Positions 47,676 through 57,296 of a DNA stretch of 64,000 bases are shown here, one piece after another. Position 1 is the first letter of the stretch. Each line of letters begins with the position of its first letter. The translations under genes and the position numbers were made by a program. The notes beneath the pieces are model-generated. The model searched no databases, was not told the DNA's origin, and saw only the letters and a list, made by a program, of their open reading frames with translations. The stretch comes from a bacterium (GTDB taxonomy: Bacteria > Cyanobacteriota > Vampirovibrionia > Gastranaerophilales > JAILCC01), in assembly GCA_024680555.1 (NCBI GenBank), contig JAILCC010000019.1, positions 166,049 through 230,048 of the forward strand. Direction: 5' to 3'.

Positions 47676-49373
47676 TTATTTTAAAACACTTGCTATTGCT
47701 TGCATTTTTGCGAATGCTGCAGCAACTTTCATTTGCGCAAATTCAAAGTGTTTTTTTGCTAAACCTTCCAAAAATTCGGCATGATGTTTAGCTACATTTG
47801 CATCATATTCTGCCCAATAAGCTTTTTTCTCTTTATCTTTTGCATAAAGAAGATTTATAGCTTGGCTTGGAGATTCTTGTTTTACAACCTTATACAAAGA
47901 TTGAAAATCCAAATCCTTGAAGCCGCATCTTTCGGCAATGGCTTCTGATTTTTGCTTTTCTTCCTTGGCTTCTTTTATTGCCTTTTCGCTTTCAGATTTT
48001 GCAACTAAAGCATCTTCGGTAGCTTTTTGGGTATTTTCTTTGCATTCGGCGAGTTCTACTTTTGCTTCTTTAATTTCGTGAATTGCATATTGCGTTTGTT
48101 TTTTGAGTATTTGTCCGGCTTCACTTTCAAAGTATTCTTGCAAGAATTGTTCCGTATATTTTCTCGTTTCTTGCAATACTTTTTCGCAAACTTTGTTAAT
48201 ATGTTCGACAAATTCGTCATCATAATCGCCGTTTGCCACCAATTCTTTGATATTTGCAACTTGTAAATGTTCAAATTCTTCAGTAGCTTGTACCCATTCT
48301 TCTACTTGTTCTGCAGATTTGGGATTGCCGCATTTGATAAGAGCTTTGTTCAGTTCATTACGTGATTTATGTATATCGTTAGCTGCTTCATCAATAATCA
48401 GCTTTCTTATATCGGGATTATCCGGAAACATATAAAGAAGAACATCCCGAGATAAAGACCTTGAAGAATTATAGTCTTTTGAAAACTTTCTGACTGCTTC
48501 AATATCAATATTATTTTCTTTGGCATATGCTTCTATTCTGCGTTCCAATTCAGGCAAATCGTACATGTCATTCATATCTTCAAGTGCATTAGCAATAATT
48601 TCTCTGCGTTCTTCTTCTGTTTCGGCATGTATAACTTTATACTTAAAGTCAGCAACCATTTCTTGCAATTCTTCGTCAGAACTGTTTTTCGTAGGTTCCA
48701 TACAATAACGAACTTGTTCGAGGGCAAAATCTCTCAGAATATTTGCATCATTATTGGCTTTTATAGTGTTTGTTTTAAATTTAATTGCTTCTGTAGCCTG
48801 CCTACTGTATTCAGCCCTTTCTTTTTTTTCTGCTGAACTTAATATAAATTTGTGTTTTTTATCATCAGATTCAAACATTCTTACATAAGAATCTACAATA
48901 GAATCAAGTGCATCATCGCTAATATCGATTTTGTTAGCAGCAATAGCCTCTGCAACAAGTAAACGTTTATTTTCTGCAGACTCAGAGCGCTTCAATGAAA
49001 CCATCAAATCTTTGACTATTTTTTTCATCTCAGCTTCTTCTTCTTTAGTCATATCAGGCATTTTTTTAAAACATTTTCTGATAAAAGCACTTTCTTTTCT
49101 GCTTAATTTTTCACTTTTATCATCTTCTTGAGATGATGCTTGCTGAGGTACGGATACATGCCCTTGCACCACAGTAGTAGTGTTTTTGGAACTTATTGAC
49201 AAACCAGGATAATAAGAACTGTCACTGGAAGTTTCGCCAAATTCCATAATGGACTTATCGCTTCCGGTTGTAGTTTCTTCTGATGCCGCAGTCGTTTTTT
49301 CTTCCGCAACATCATCCGCTGCGTCAACAACTTGGTTTTTTCTTATTGTTTCTACTGCGTTTACTTCCGACAT
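47676..49373 (-). CDS. Paralog B of the same family (565 aa)
   Basis: Start moved to ATG 49373 (MSEVNAV), matching the paralog A N-terminus and the RBS spacing. Shares the conserved C-terminal module (ERCGFKDLD...LLYAKDKEKKAYWAEYDANVAKHHAEFLE). Confidence 0.7.
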   Translation of the reverse strand: MSEVNAVETIRKNQVVDAADDVAEEKTTAASEETTTGSDKSIMEFGETSSDSSYYPGLSISSKNTTTVVQGHVSVPQQASSQEDDKSEKLSRKESAFIRKCFKKMPDMTKEEEAEMKKIVKDLMVSLKRSESAENKRLLVAEAIAANKIDISDDALDSIVDSYVRMFESDDKKHKFILSSAEKKERAEYSRQATEAIKFKTNTIKANNDANILRDFALEQVRYCMEPTKNSSDEELQEMVADFKYKVIHAETEEERREIIANALEDMNDMYDLPELERRIEAYAKENNIDIEAVRKFSKDYNSSRSLSRDVLLYMFPDNPDIRKLIIDEAANDIHKSRNELNKALIKCGNPKSAEQVEEWVQATEEFEHLQVANIKELVANGDYDDEFVEHINKVCEKVLQETRKYTEQFLQEYFESEAGQILKKQTQYAIHEIKEAKVELAECKENTQKATEDALVAKSESEKAIKEAKEEKQKSEAIAERCGFKDLDFQSLYKVVKQESPSQAINLLYAKDKEKKAYWAEYDANVAKHHAEFLEGLAKKHFEFAQMKVAAAFAKMQAIASVLK

Positions 49374-49539
49374 AAAACTTCCATTTCTCTTTCCTAAGAC
49401 ATGCCAATCCATAGATTAACATATTTAAATAAAAACAATCATTCTAAAAAAATTGCCCTACAAAATACAAAAGTAACTATTCATCACGTTTTGAGAGGAA
49501 ATAAATGCAAAAAGAGAATTGGTACATTGCACAAAATGT

Positions 49540-50976
49540 TTAATCAAACTGCGTATTCAGCAGAATTAACATTTGGGCAAACGTTGCCTCCATTTTTATA
49601 TTTTCGTACTCAAAACGATTCAGTGCCATTTTTTCAAGAAACTCTGCGTGCTCCTGAGCAACCTTGGCATCATAAGCCTCCCAATACGCTTTTTTCTTGT
49701 TGGCTTGCGCATAAAGAAGATTATGCGCCATCAAAGGCGACTGGTGCTTCACAAAGTTATACAAACGGTCATTATCCATATACTTGTAGCCAAAACGCTC
49801 GGCAAAACTTCGTGCCTTTGCTTCTTCCTCTTTGACTTTTTCAATTGCAACCTCGCTTTGTTTTTTCGCTTCTTGCGCCTCCTCAATAGCAGCTTTTGTA
49901 ACTTCTTTGCGTTCCAAAAATTCTTTTTTAGCCTCTTGAGTTTTTTCATACGCTCGATTTACAATTCTTTTGACAGTCCTGCCCTTTGCCGTTTCAAAAA
50001 ATTGCGCAATATATGCCCGCACTCGCCTGCTTGCAGCGGCAACAACTTCTTTTGCTTTTTGGACAACGTATTCTTTAAACTTGCCCCTAAAGTTTCCTTG
50101 GGCAATAGCACTTTTTATATCTGCTGACTGCAAAAAGGCATAGTCCCCCAGAGCGTCAAAAACTTCCTGTACCTGTCTTTCGGTCATACCTTCGGGAAGA
50201 TATTTGAAAACCAACTCTTTCAGATTTTCCTGCCCATTTTCGACATCATCTAATGCCGCCAACAACATCATTTCTTTTTCATCAGAGTTATTCATGACAT
50301 TCATGGCAAGTTTTTTGGTAAAGCTTCGTGTTTTAGAAAATTCTCTGGTAATATTCTTAACCTTACTTGCATTCAATTTTCTAAATCGGGTGCTGCTTCC
50401 GAACATGCCTGCTGCTTCTGGCAGGTCTATCAGTTCTCTGGTATTTGTATAAAATTCTTTAATTATGCAGCATTTTTCCTCAGGCGACTTGCCCTCAATA
50501 TCGGCAAGCAGCTGCGCCATCAATACATCAATATCCTCAAACTTGTCGCTCTTGAACGGAGAACAAATAAATTCCCAAACTTTTTGGAATATCGTTTGTT
50601 CGCTTTTTATCAGCCTTTCACGAGCGGCTTTTACCTTTAACAAATTCGCTTCAAATGAATTTACCACAACTTTGCCAATATGCCATCCGGTATCTTTGAC
50701 CGCCTCAATAGGTGCTTTTATAGCGTCGGTTACGGTTTTTATGTCCAAATCGGGATAATCGGAAGCGGAAATTTTTTCTTGTTCCTCGGCTAAAACACAG
50801 GAAGGCACTCTATTTCTTACGGAATTAACGGAAGCAAGATTAAAAAGCTCGGAAGAAGAATTGGCACTCTTTTCCACAGGGGCAGCATGCTCCTGTGCAT
50901 TTTTCGCAAGAGTGTTGTCGGCATCTGACATGGGTGCACCACGTCTAATATCAACTCGTGATACTACATCTACCAT
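49540..50976 (-). CDS. Paralog C of the same family (478 aa)
   Basis: Conserved C-terminal module (ERFGYKYMD...LLYAQANKKKAYWEAYDAKVAQEHAEFLE). The 5' leader is homologous to those of A and B. Confidence 0.7.
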   Translation of the reverse strand: MVDVVSRVDIRRGAPMSDADNTLAKNAQEHAAPVEKSANSSSELFNLASVNSVRNRVPSCVLAEEQEKISASDYPDLDIKTVTDAIKAPIEAVKDTGWHIGKVVVNSFEANLLKVKAARERLIKSEQTIFQKVWEFICSPFKSDKFEDIDVLMAQLLADIEGKSPEEKCCIIKEFYTNTRELIDLPEAAGMFGSSTRFRKLNASKVKNITREFSKTRSFTKKLAMNVMNNSDEKEMMLLAALDDVENGQENLKELVFKYLPEGMTERQVQEVFDALGDYAFLQSADIKSAIAQGNFRGKFKEYVVQKAKEVVAAASRRVRAYIAQFFETAKGRTVKRIVNRAYEKTQEAKKEFLERKEVTKAAIEEAQEAKKQSEVAIEKVKEEEAKARSFAERFGYKYMDNDRLYNFVKHQSPLMAHNLLYAQANKKKAYWEAYDAKVAQEHAEFLEKMALNRFEYENIKMEATFAQMLILLNTQFD

Positions 50977-51226
50977 TATTTACTTCCGTTACCTTAACCT
51001 TAGCATGCCAAGACATAGCTCGGCTTATAATAATAAAAAATTATTTAACAAAATAATTGCCTGCAAAATTAAAAATTGTCAGACAGGAATGCCGACATCA
51101 TCTGCTTATACATTGATACACGGGTATTGCATTATGGTACTCTCCCCTGCACCGCACCTATCTTCAGCTTAAAAAAGGCACAAAAAAAAGCTACTCTACT
51201 TCAAGTTGCTTTCTACTAATGCCTTA

Positions 51227-51418
51227 TTATAGTTTGCCAAGATAGTCTGCGAGTTCATTTCCGCTTGCTTGGTTACACTTTGCCCCATTTTTCCAACCGA
51301 CTGTGGTTTCGATTGGTTCTGCATACTTCGGGGGTGTATACTTCGTAACCCGCATGCTGTAGCCGCTATAAAGCATAGCTTTAGATTCATAATGGAACAA
51401 ACTCCGTACTATATCCAT
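51227..51418 (-). CDS. Doubtful small ORF (63 aa), possibly a gene remnant
   Basis: MDIVRSLFHYESKAML...KYTPPKYAEPIETTVGWKNG... No convincing RBS. Overlapped by another ORF in a different frame. Confidence 0.2.
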   Translation of the reverse strand: MDIVRSLFHYESKAMLYSGYSMRVTKYTPPKYAEPIETTVGWKNGAKCNQASGNELADYLGKL

Positions 51419-51667
51419 GATAATACTAACATTAACCAAAAAGCATGTCTAGCCTTTTAATAATATTTCATACAGAAAGATTAACATAAATTCATATATA
51501 TACTTGATTACTCAACAAACTGTTCACTAATTCCACTTTGTTAACTTTTGTTAAGTTAGTCAAATCGTTACTATATCTACATTCTAGCCTTCATATATAT
51601 AATTTATAGCAACAATATAACAATAAAAAACTTTATTTATATAACGAATACTATAAATAAGAGGAGC

Positions 51668-53209
51668 ATGAGCATGAGTACACCAAATGTAGAATTAAGA
51701 AATTTTGACAGTGAAATTAAAATTTCAAATCAACAAGAAGCAGCAAAAAAAGCAGAAGAAGCAAAGAAACAACAACAAGAAAAAGCAACAAATGATGCTA
51801 TCCGCAAATGGACAGGTATTGACAACGAACAATCCGGAATGACATACGTAGGTCAATGCTTGGCAGCACCGATAACAGTAACCGCAAATGCAGGCGGCGG
51901 TATTTTGAGCGGCTTATTTAGCGCATTAGGCGGAATTTTAAGTCCTATCGCAGGATTCCTGGGCGGTATATTTGGCGGTGGAAATGCACAAGGCGGACCT
52001 CAAGGTCCGGGTAACTGCCCTGCACCCGCAGGTAATAATTCCGGCGCAGCTAAAAATGACAGCACAAGCTCAACAAAAAATTCTTCTTCTGAAAACAAAA
52101 AAGCTGATAATACAACAAATAATACAACAACTTCAAATAACTCAGGCACAACAAAATCCGGTTCTTCAAACAATTCGGTTTCTGCAATAAATGATACATC
52201 CGGTACAGTTAATAAAGTATTAGATGCAAAATCCGGTACGATGGTAAGCTCTTTAAATACAGGCGGAGCAGAAAAAGTTTCTTCCAGAGTAAGAGCACTC
52301 GTTGAAGAATATAATGATTCAACAAAATATACAGATGAATGTCAAACGGAATTTGATAATGCAACAAAGGAACTTGAAGAATTTAAAAAATCAAAACCAA
52401 ATGTAAACGCTGATGCACAAGCTAAGTTGAAAGAAGAAATTGCACAACATGATAAAACAATAGATAGCTTATCTGCACAATACGGCAATGTTCAAAAAGA
52501 CATACAAGGACAACAAGCATTACTTGAAAAATGCGATGATTCTCAAAAAGCATCAATAAATACTACAATACAAGAATTACAAGCAGAATTACGTCGCTTG
52601 GAAGGAGAAATCCAAAAAGAACGTACTGCAAAGGCAACCGCAGAACAACAATATAAAACCAATGGCGGAGATAAGGCAATAAGCCAAGATGCAGACAGCA
52701 GAAAACTCGGAGAATTAGAAGCAAAAGTAAATACTGCTAAATCGAAACTCGAAGCTGCACAAAGACTTCAAAATGATAACAAAACCGCAGCAGAAGCAGC
52801 AGCAAACGAAGTAAGAAACGATAAAAATTTAGACATAGACAAAGCAAGAGAACAAGTAAACGAAGACAACAAAATACTAAATAAAGCAGAAAGTGAAGCA
52901 CAAAGTTCATCAAGAGCGCAACTTGAACGAGCTTTCGGAGCAGTATCAGCAGCAAAACCAGAAATAGAACTTAGTGCTGATGGCAAAACTTCAAAAGGTA
53001 AACTTGCCGATGGAACGGAGGTAACTATTACAACAAATCCAGATGGAAGCTGCACCGCAAAAACAGCAGACGGTACAACAACACAAGTAAAATATGAAAA
53101 TGGAAAATGGGTAGAAGTTGACACAAAAAGAGACAAGGCAGCAGCACCCGCAGGAAAACCTGAAGAAAAACCGGCAGATGCAGCACCCGCAGCAAAAAAC
53201 CCATCGTAG
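51668..53209 (+). CDS. Hypothetical protein: glycine-zipper hydrophobic segment, S/T/N-rich linker, long coiled coil and small beta-rich C-terminal domain
   Basis: AAGAGGAG RBS. GGGILSGLFSALGGILSPIAGFLGGIFGGG segment, followed by NTTNNTTTSNNSGTT low complexity, about 230 aa of heptad-rich sequence, and DGTEVTITTNPDGSCTAKTADGTTTQVKYENGKWVEVD. Confidence 0.7.
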   Translation: MSMSTPNVELRNFDSEIKISNQQEAAKKAEEAKKQQQEKATNDAIRKWTGIDNEQSGMTYVGQCLAAPITVTANAGGGILSGLFSALGGILSPIAGFLGGIFGGGNAQGGPQGPGNCPAPAGNNSGAAKNDSTSSTKNSSSENKKADNTTNNTTTSNNSGTTKSGSSNNSVSAINDTSGTVNKVLDAKSGTMVSSLNTGGAEKVSSRVRALVEEYNDSTKYTDECQTEFDNATKELEEFKKSKPNVNADAQAKLKEEIAQHDKTIDSLSAQYGNVQKDIQGQQALLEKCDDSQKASINTTIQELQAELRRLEGEIQKERTAKATAEQQYKTNGGDKAISQDADSRKLGELEAKVNTAKSKLEAAQRLQNDNKTAAEAAANEVRNDKNLDIDKAREQVNEDNKILNKAESEAQSSSRAQLERAFGAVSAAKPEIELSADGKTSKGKLADGTEVTITTNPDGSCTAKTADGTTTQVKYENGKWVEVDTKRDKAAAPAGKPEEKPADAAPAAKNPS

Positions 53210-53306
53210 CAACCCTACACTAAAAATGCCAAGCCCTGTAGCTAGCAAGAAAAGAAATCTCTGCAGAAAATAAGCATAGCAAATAAGTAACACATAACAA
53301 ATAAAA

Positions 53307-53339
53307 AGAGATGCAATAAACAATTGCATCTCTTTTTTA
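53307..53339 (+). terminator. Rho-independent terminator
   Basis: agagatgcaat-aaaca-attgcatctct (11-bp perfect stem) followed by TTTTT. Confidence 0.7.
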
Positions 53340-53402
53340 TTCTGTCGGGCAATTATTTTTGAAAAAATGTTTTTATTTATATGTAAGGCAGGAGGTAATC
53401 GC

Positions 53403-53858
53403 ATGAATCCAATTCAAGCAGAAGCAGTCAGACAAGCTATTATGGCACAGCAAAGCGGTCAGCAGCCACAGGTTGTTTTCTTGAAAACAAACCCCATGCC
53501 TTATGACAGTTACGGCGGACAATCATCAGGAGGCAGCTTTTTATTCAAGCTTGCCGCAATCGGAACCGCAATAATATTCAGAAAAAATATAGCAAATGTT
53601 GCAAGACGATATATGCCAAATCTTTCACAAGAAATAGGCAATGTTTTCCAAGGTTTTAAAGGCTTTATAAAGAAATTCAAAGGCAGCGACTACCTCGCTG
53701 CAGGTTGGCGCAAATATGTAGGATTTGAAAATACTGCGAAGAAATTTGTAAATGATACTTTCTCTACACCGACAGGAACTATGATAAAAGACAAAGCAGT
53801 CGGTGCTTGGAATTGGTTAAAAGGACTTGTTCTTAAAAAACCGCCAACTTCTCCGTAA
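53403..53858 (+). CDS. Hypothetical small membrane protein (151 aa)
   Basis: Start at ATG 53403 after AGGAGG. One hydrophobic helix (FLFKLAAIGTAIIF). Basic C-terminal half. Confidence 0.55.
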   Translation: MNPIQAEAVRQAIMAQQSGQQPQVVFLKTNPMPYDSYGGQSSGGSFLFKLAAIGTAIIFRKNIANVARRYMPNLSQEIGNVFQGFKGFIKKFKGSDYLAAGWRKYVGFENTAKKFVNDTFSTPTGTMIKDKAVGAWNWLKGLVLKKPPTSP

Positions 53859-53883
53859 GGTTTAAGCTGCACAAACCTGCGAC

Positions 53884-56721
53884 TTATAAGCCCATCTTTC
53901 TCAAGTATTGTCCTGTATAAGACTTTTTGACTTTGGCAACCTCTTCGGGCGTGCCTTGAGCAACAATTGTTCCGCCCATATCACCTCCGTCCGGTCCAAG
54001 GTCAATTATATAGTCTGATGTCTTAATTAAATCCATATTGTGCTCAATGATAACAATAGTATTCCCAAGGTCAGCAAGCTTTTGGAGAATATTGTTGAGT
54101 TTATCCAAATCATACCAATGCAAACCTACCGACGGTTCATCCAAAAGATAAAGAGTCTTGCCTGTGTTGCGCTTAGTTAGCTCGGTTGCAAGCTTCACCC
54201 TCTGCGCTTCACCGCCGGATAATGTCGTCGCACTCTGTCCGAGTTTCATATAGTCAAGTCCGACATCATTGAGAGTTTGGAGCTTTGATGCTATGCGAGG
54301 AATGTTTTCAAAAAACTCAAGCGCCTCTTTTACGGTCATATCAAGCACATCTGCAATTGATTTCCCTTTATATTTTACCTCAAGCGTTTGCGAATTGTAG
54401 CGTTTGCCCTTGCAAATATCACACGGAATATAAATGTCTGACAAAAAGTTCATCTCTATTCTGACTATACCATCGCCCGAACATGCTTCACACCTGCCGC
54501 CCTTTACGTTAAAACTAAAGCGCCCCGGCTTGTAACCTCGAGTTTTTGCCTCTGTAGTCTGCGCAAACAAATCTCTGATATGGTCAAAAACCCCTGTATA
54601 CGTAGCAGGATTGCTTCGAGGCGTTCTACCTATCGGTGATTGGTCAATATCAATAACCTTGTCTATGTGTTCAAAACCCAAAATTTTGCCGACTCCTTGC
54701 GGTTTTGGAACATTTTTACGTAACTTATGAATAGCATACTTATTAAGAATGTCAAAAATCAACGAGCTTTTGCCCGAACCAGAAACGCCGGTAACCGTTG
54801 TAATTACCCCCATCGGGATATCAACGGAAATATTTTTAAGGTTATTTAAACTTGCATCAATGATTTTTAAATATTCACCGTTGCCTTTTCGGCGCTCAGA
54901 TGGAACTTTAATCGATTTTGCACCGCTAAGATACTTGCCGGTTATCGAATTCTTACTTGCAATAATATCTTCAACACTGCCTTGTGCCACGATTTTGCCG
55001 CCGTTAACTCCCGCCTTTGGACCTATATCAATTATGCGGTCTGCCATTCTGATTGTTTCTTCATCATGTTCAACCACAATAAGCGTGTTGCCAAGATTAC
55101 GCAGTTTAATAAGCGTTTTTAATAATTGTTCATTGTTCACCTGATGCAGACCTATACTCGGTTCATCAAGAACGTACAAAACACCGGACAACCCTGAACC
55201 TATCTGCGTTGCCAGTCTTATGCGCTGAGCTTCGCCACCAGATAATGTTCCCGCCTGCCGAGCGAGCGAAAGATAATCAAGCCCGACATCCACAAGAAAT
55301 TTAAGCCTTTCACGAATTTCTTCCAATAGTTGCTTCGCAATCGCAAGTTTATAATTGTCTAACTTCAAAAACAACGAACAAATAAAATCGTATTCTTCTT
55401 TGATGGACATGGTGGTAAATTCATAAATATTTTTGCCAGCAATCGTTACCGAGAGGGCAAAATCGTTGAGCCTTGCACCATGGCACTTTTCACAAGGGAT
55501 TTGTGTCATATATTTTTCGACCTCACCCCGTATAAGGTCAGAATTTGTCGCTTCGTACTTGTTTTTCAAATAGGGAACAACTCCTTTGAATTTTGTACGA
55601 TATACTTTTCTGCGCTTTGTACCAAACTCATTATGTTCCATCAAAACCGTTTTTTCGCCGCTCCCGAAAAGTATAATATTTTGTTCTTCCTGCGATAGTT
55701 CATCAAAGGGTTTGTCAAAATCTATATTAAATTCTTTTGCCACACTGAGCAAAACATCGGTATAATAAGGATTTCCTGTTACAGCCCATGGATATATTGC
55801 ACCTTGGCGCAAAGATTTTTCTCTATCAGGAACGACCAAATCGGGATTTATTTGCAAATGCATCCCCAAACCGCCGCAGGATGTACAAGCACCAAAAGGC
55901 GCATTAAAACTGAATATACGGGGTTCCAATTCGTCAAATGAAATGTCGCAATTGGGGCAGGCAAGTTTTTCGCTGTATATTTTTTCTTTATCACCACTGA
56001 GGATAAGAACATTTCCGTTTGCTTTTTTCATTGCAATTTGCACGCTATCCGCAATTCTGGAGCGGGCTTCGCTTTTTAAAACAATTCTGTCGATAACAAC
56101 TTCTATATTATGTTTTTTATTTTTATCAATTTCAATTTCATCAAAATCAAGGTTATAAATTTCACCGTCAACCCTTATTCTTGCATAGCCTTCTTGTTTT
56201 AGAGCGCTGAATGTCTGCGTAAATTCACCTTTTTTACCCTTTGCTATCGGTGCAAGAATTTGAAACTTTGTTCCCTCTTCCATTGCCATTATGCTGTCTA
56301 AAATTTCATCAAGACTTTGCGGAACAATTTCCCGTCCGCACTTTGGACAATGAGGAACACCGATGCGTGCATATAACAAACGCAAGTGGTCATAAATTTC
56401 CGTAATCGTACCTACGGTAGAACGAGGGTTGTTGGAGGTCGATTTTTGGTCAATTGAAATTGCAGGACTCAAGCCCTCTATGCTTTCGACTTCAGGCTTA
56501 TTCAACTGTCCCAAAAACTGCCTTGCATAGGTACTAAGGCTCTCTACATAACGACGCTGTCCCTCCGCAAAAATAGTATCAAAAGCGAGCGTACTTTTTC
56601 CCGAACCAGATACCCCCGTAAAAACAACTATCTGATTTTTGGGAATTTTTACGTTTATATTTTTCAGATTATGCATGTAGGCATTTCTGACTACAATATT
56701 ATTTCCGTCTTCTCTATTCAT
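53884..56721 (-). CDS. uvrA: Excinuclease ABC subunit A
   Basis: Two ABC ATPase modules (GVSGSGKS twice, LSGGEAQR twice), zinc-finger cysteines, 945 aa. Confidence 0.95.
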   Translation of the reverse strand: MNREDGNNIVVRNAYMHNLKNINVKIPKNQIVVFTGVSGSGKSTLAFDTIFAEGQRRYVESLSTYARQFLGQLNKPEVESIEGLSPAISIDQKSTSNNPRSTVGTITEIYDHLRLLYARIGVPHCPKCGREIVPQSLDEILDSIMAMEEGTKFQILAPIAKGKKGEFTQTFSALKQEGYARIRVDGEIYNLDFDEIEIDKNKKHNIEVVIDRIVLKSEARSRIADSVQIAMKKANGNVLILSGDKEKIYSEKLACPNCDISFDELEPRIFSFNAPFGACTSCGGLGMHLQINPDLVVPDREKSLRQGAIYPWAVTGNPYYTDVLLSVAKEFNIDFDKPFDELSQEEQNIILFGSGEKTVLMEHNEFGTKRRKVYRTKFKGVVPYLKNKYEATNSDLIRGEVEKYMTQIPCEKCHGARLNDFALSVTIAGKNIYEFTTMSIKEEYDFICSLFLKLDNYKLAIAKQLLEEIRERLKFLVDVGLDYLSLARQAGTLSGGEAQRIRLATQIGSGLSGVLYVLDEPSIGLHQVNNEQLLKTLIKLRNLGNTLIVVEHDEETIRMADRIIDIGPKAGVNGGKIVAQGSVEDIIASKNSITGKYLSGAKSIKVPSERRKGNGEYLKIIDASLNNLKNISVDIPMGVITTVTGVSGSGKSSLIFDILNKYAIHKLRKNVPKPQGVGKILGFEHIDKVIDIDQSPIGRTPRSNPATYTGVFDHIRDLFAQTTEAKTRGYKPGRFSFNVKGGRCEACSGDGIVRIEMNFLSDIYIPCDICKGKRYNSQTLEVKYKGKSIADVLDMTVKEALEFFENIPRIASKLQTLNDVGLDYMKLGQSATTLSGGEAQRVKLATELTKRNTGKTLYLLDEPSVGLHWYDLDKLNNILQKLADLGNTIVIIEHNMDLIKTSDYIIDLGPDGGDMGGTIVAQGTPEEVAKVKKSYTGQYLRKMGL

Positions 56722-56747
56722 AGCAACAATGTATCACATAATTTATG

Positions 56748-56785
56748 TAAAAAAAAGAAGGTGCTTTTGACACCTTCTTTTTTTC
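56748..56785. terminator. Bidirectional rho-independent terminator between nrdG and uvrA
   Basis: gaaggtg-cttttga-caccttc hairpin flanked by A8 on the 5' side and T7 on the 3' side. Confidence 0.7.
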
Positions 56786-56798
56786 TAAGAACAAAAAA

Positions 56799-57281
56799 TC
56801 AGTGCAGAACCAATTCTCCGTTCAAAGATTCTTTTACATTGATTACACGTTGATTAGAGCTGCCAACCCACTCTATGTTGTTGTCCTTTAACTCCTCGAC
56901 AAATTCCCCCTCCGCTATAACATCAATATCCTTGATGCCCTCAAGGTCTTTAATTTGTTCCCAAGTGTAACCTGTGTAAAGCCAAATCGTTTTGTTTGGA
57001 AGAAGTTCTCTGCATTTTTTTATGAGACGAAAAACTTCTTCTCTGTTTGCAGGAAATAACGGATCTCCACCGCTAAATGTTATTCCGTCAATATATGGTT
57101 TATCCAAGGCTTCAAATAGTTCGTCCTCTGCAGCCTTATCGAACGGAAGCCCGCCGTTTTCATCCCATGTGATAGGGTTCTGACAGTTTTTGCAATGATG
57201 ATTGCAGCCGGAAACCCATAGCACCACACGAATTCCGTCACCGTTAAGCATATCTTGTTTTGTAATATTATGATAATTCAT
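56799..57281 (-). CDS. nrdG: Anaerobic ribonucleoside-triphosphate reductase activating protein
   Basis: GCNHHCKNCQN radical-SAM cluster motif. About 160 aa. Lies directly downstream of nrdD. Confidence 0.9.
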   Translation of the reverse strand: MNYHNITKQDMLNGDGIRVVLWVSGCNHHCKNCQNPITWDENGGLPFDKAAEDELFEALDKPYIDGITFSGGDPLFPANREEVFRLIKKCRELLPNKTIWLYTGYTWEQIKDLEGIKDIDVIAEGEFVEELKDNNIEWVGSSNQRVINVKESLNGELVLH

Positions 57282-57296
57282 ATTACTTGCAAACCT

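Noticed and set aside
49401-49835. 144-aa plus-strand ORF spanning the B/C paralog intergenic region and the 3' end of paralog C.
   Set aside because: It is antisense to a conserved paralog coding region and crosses the conserved leader. No RBS is present.
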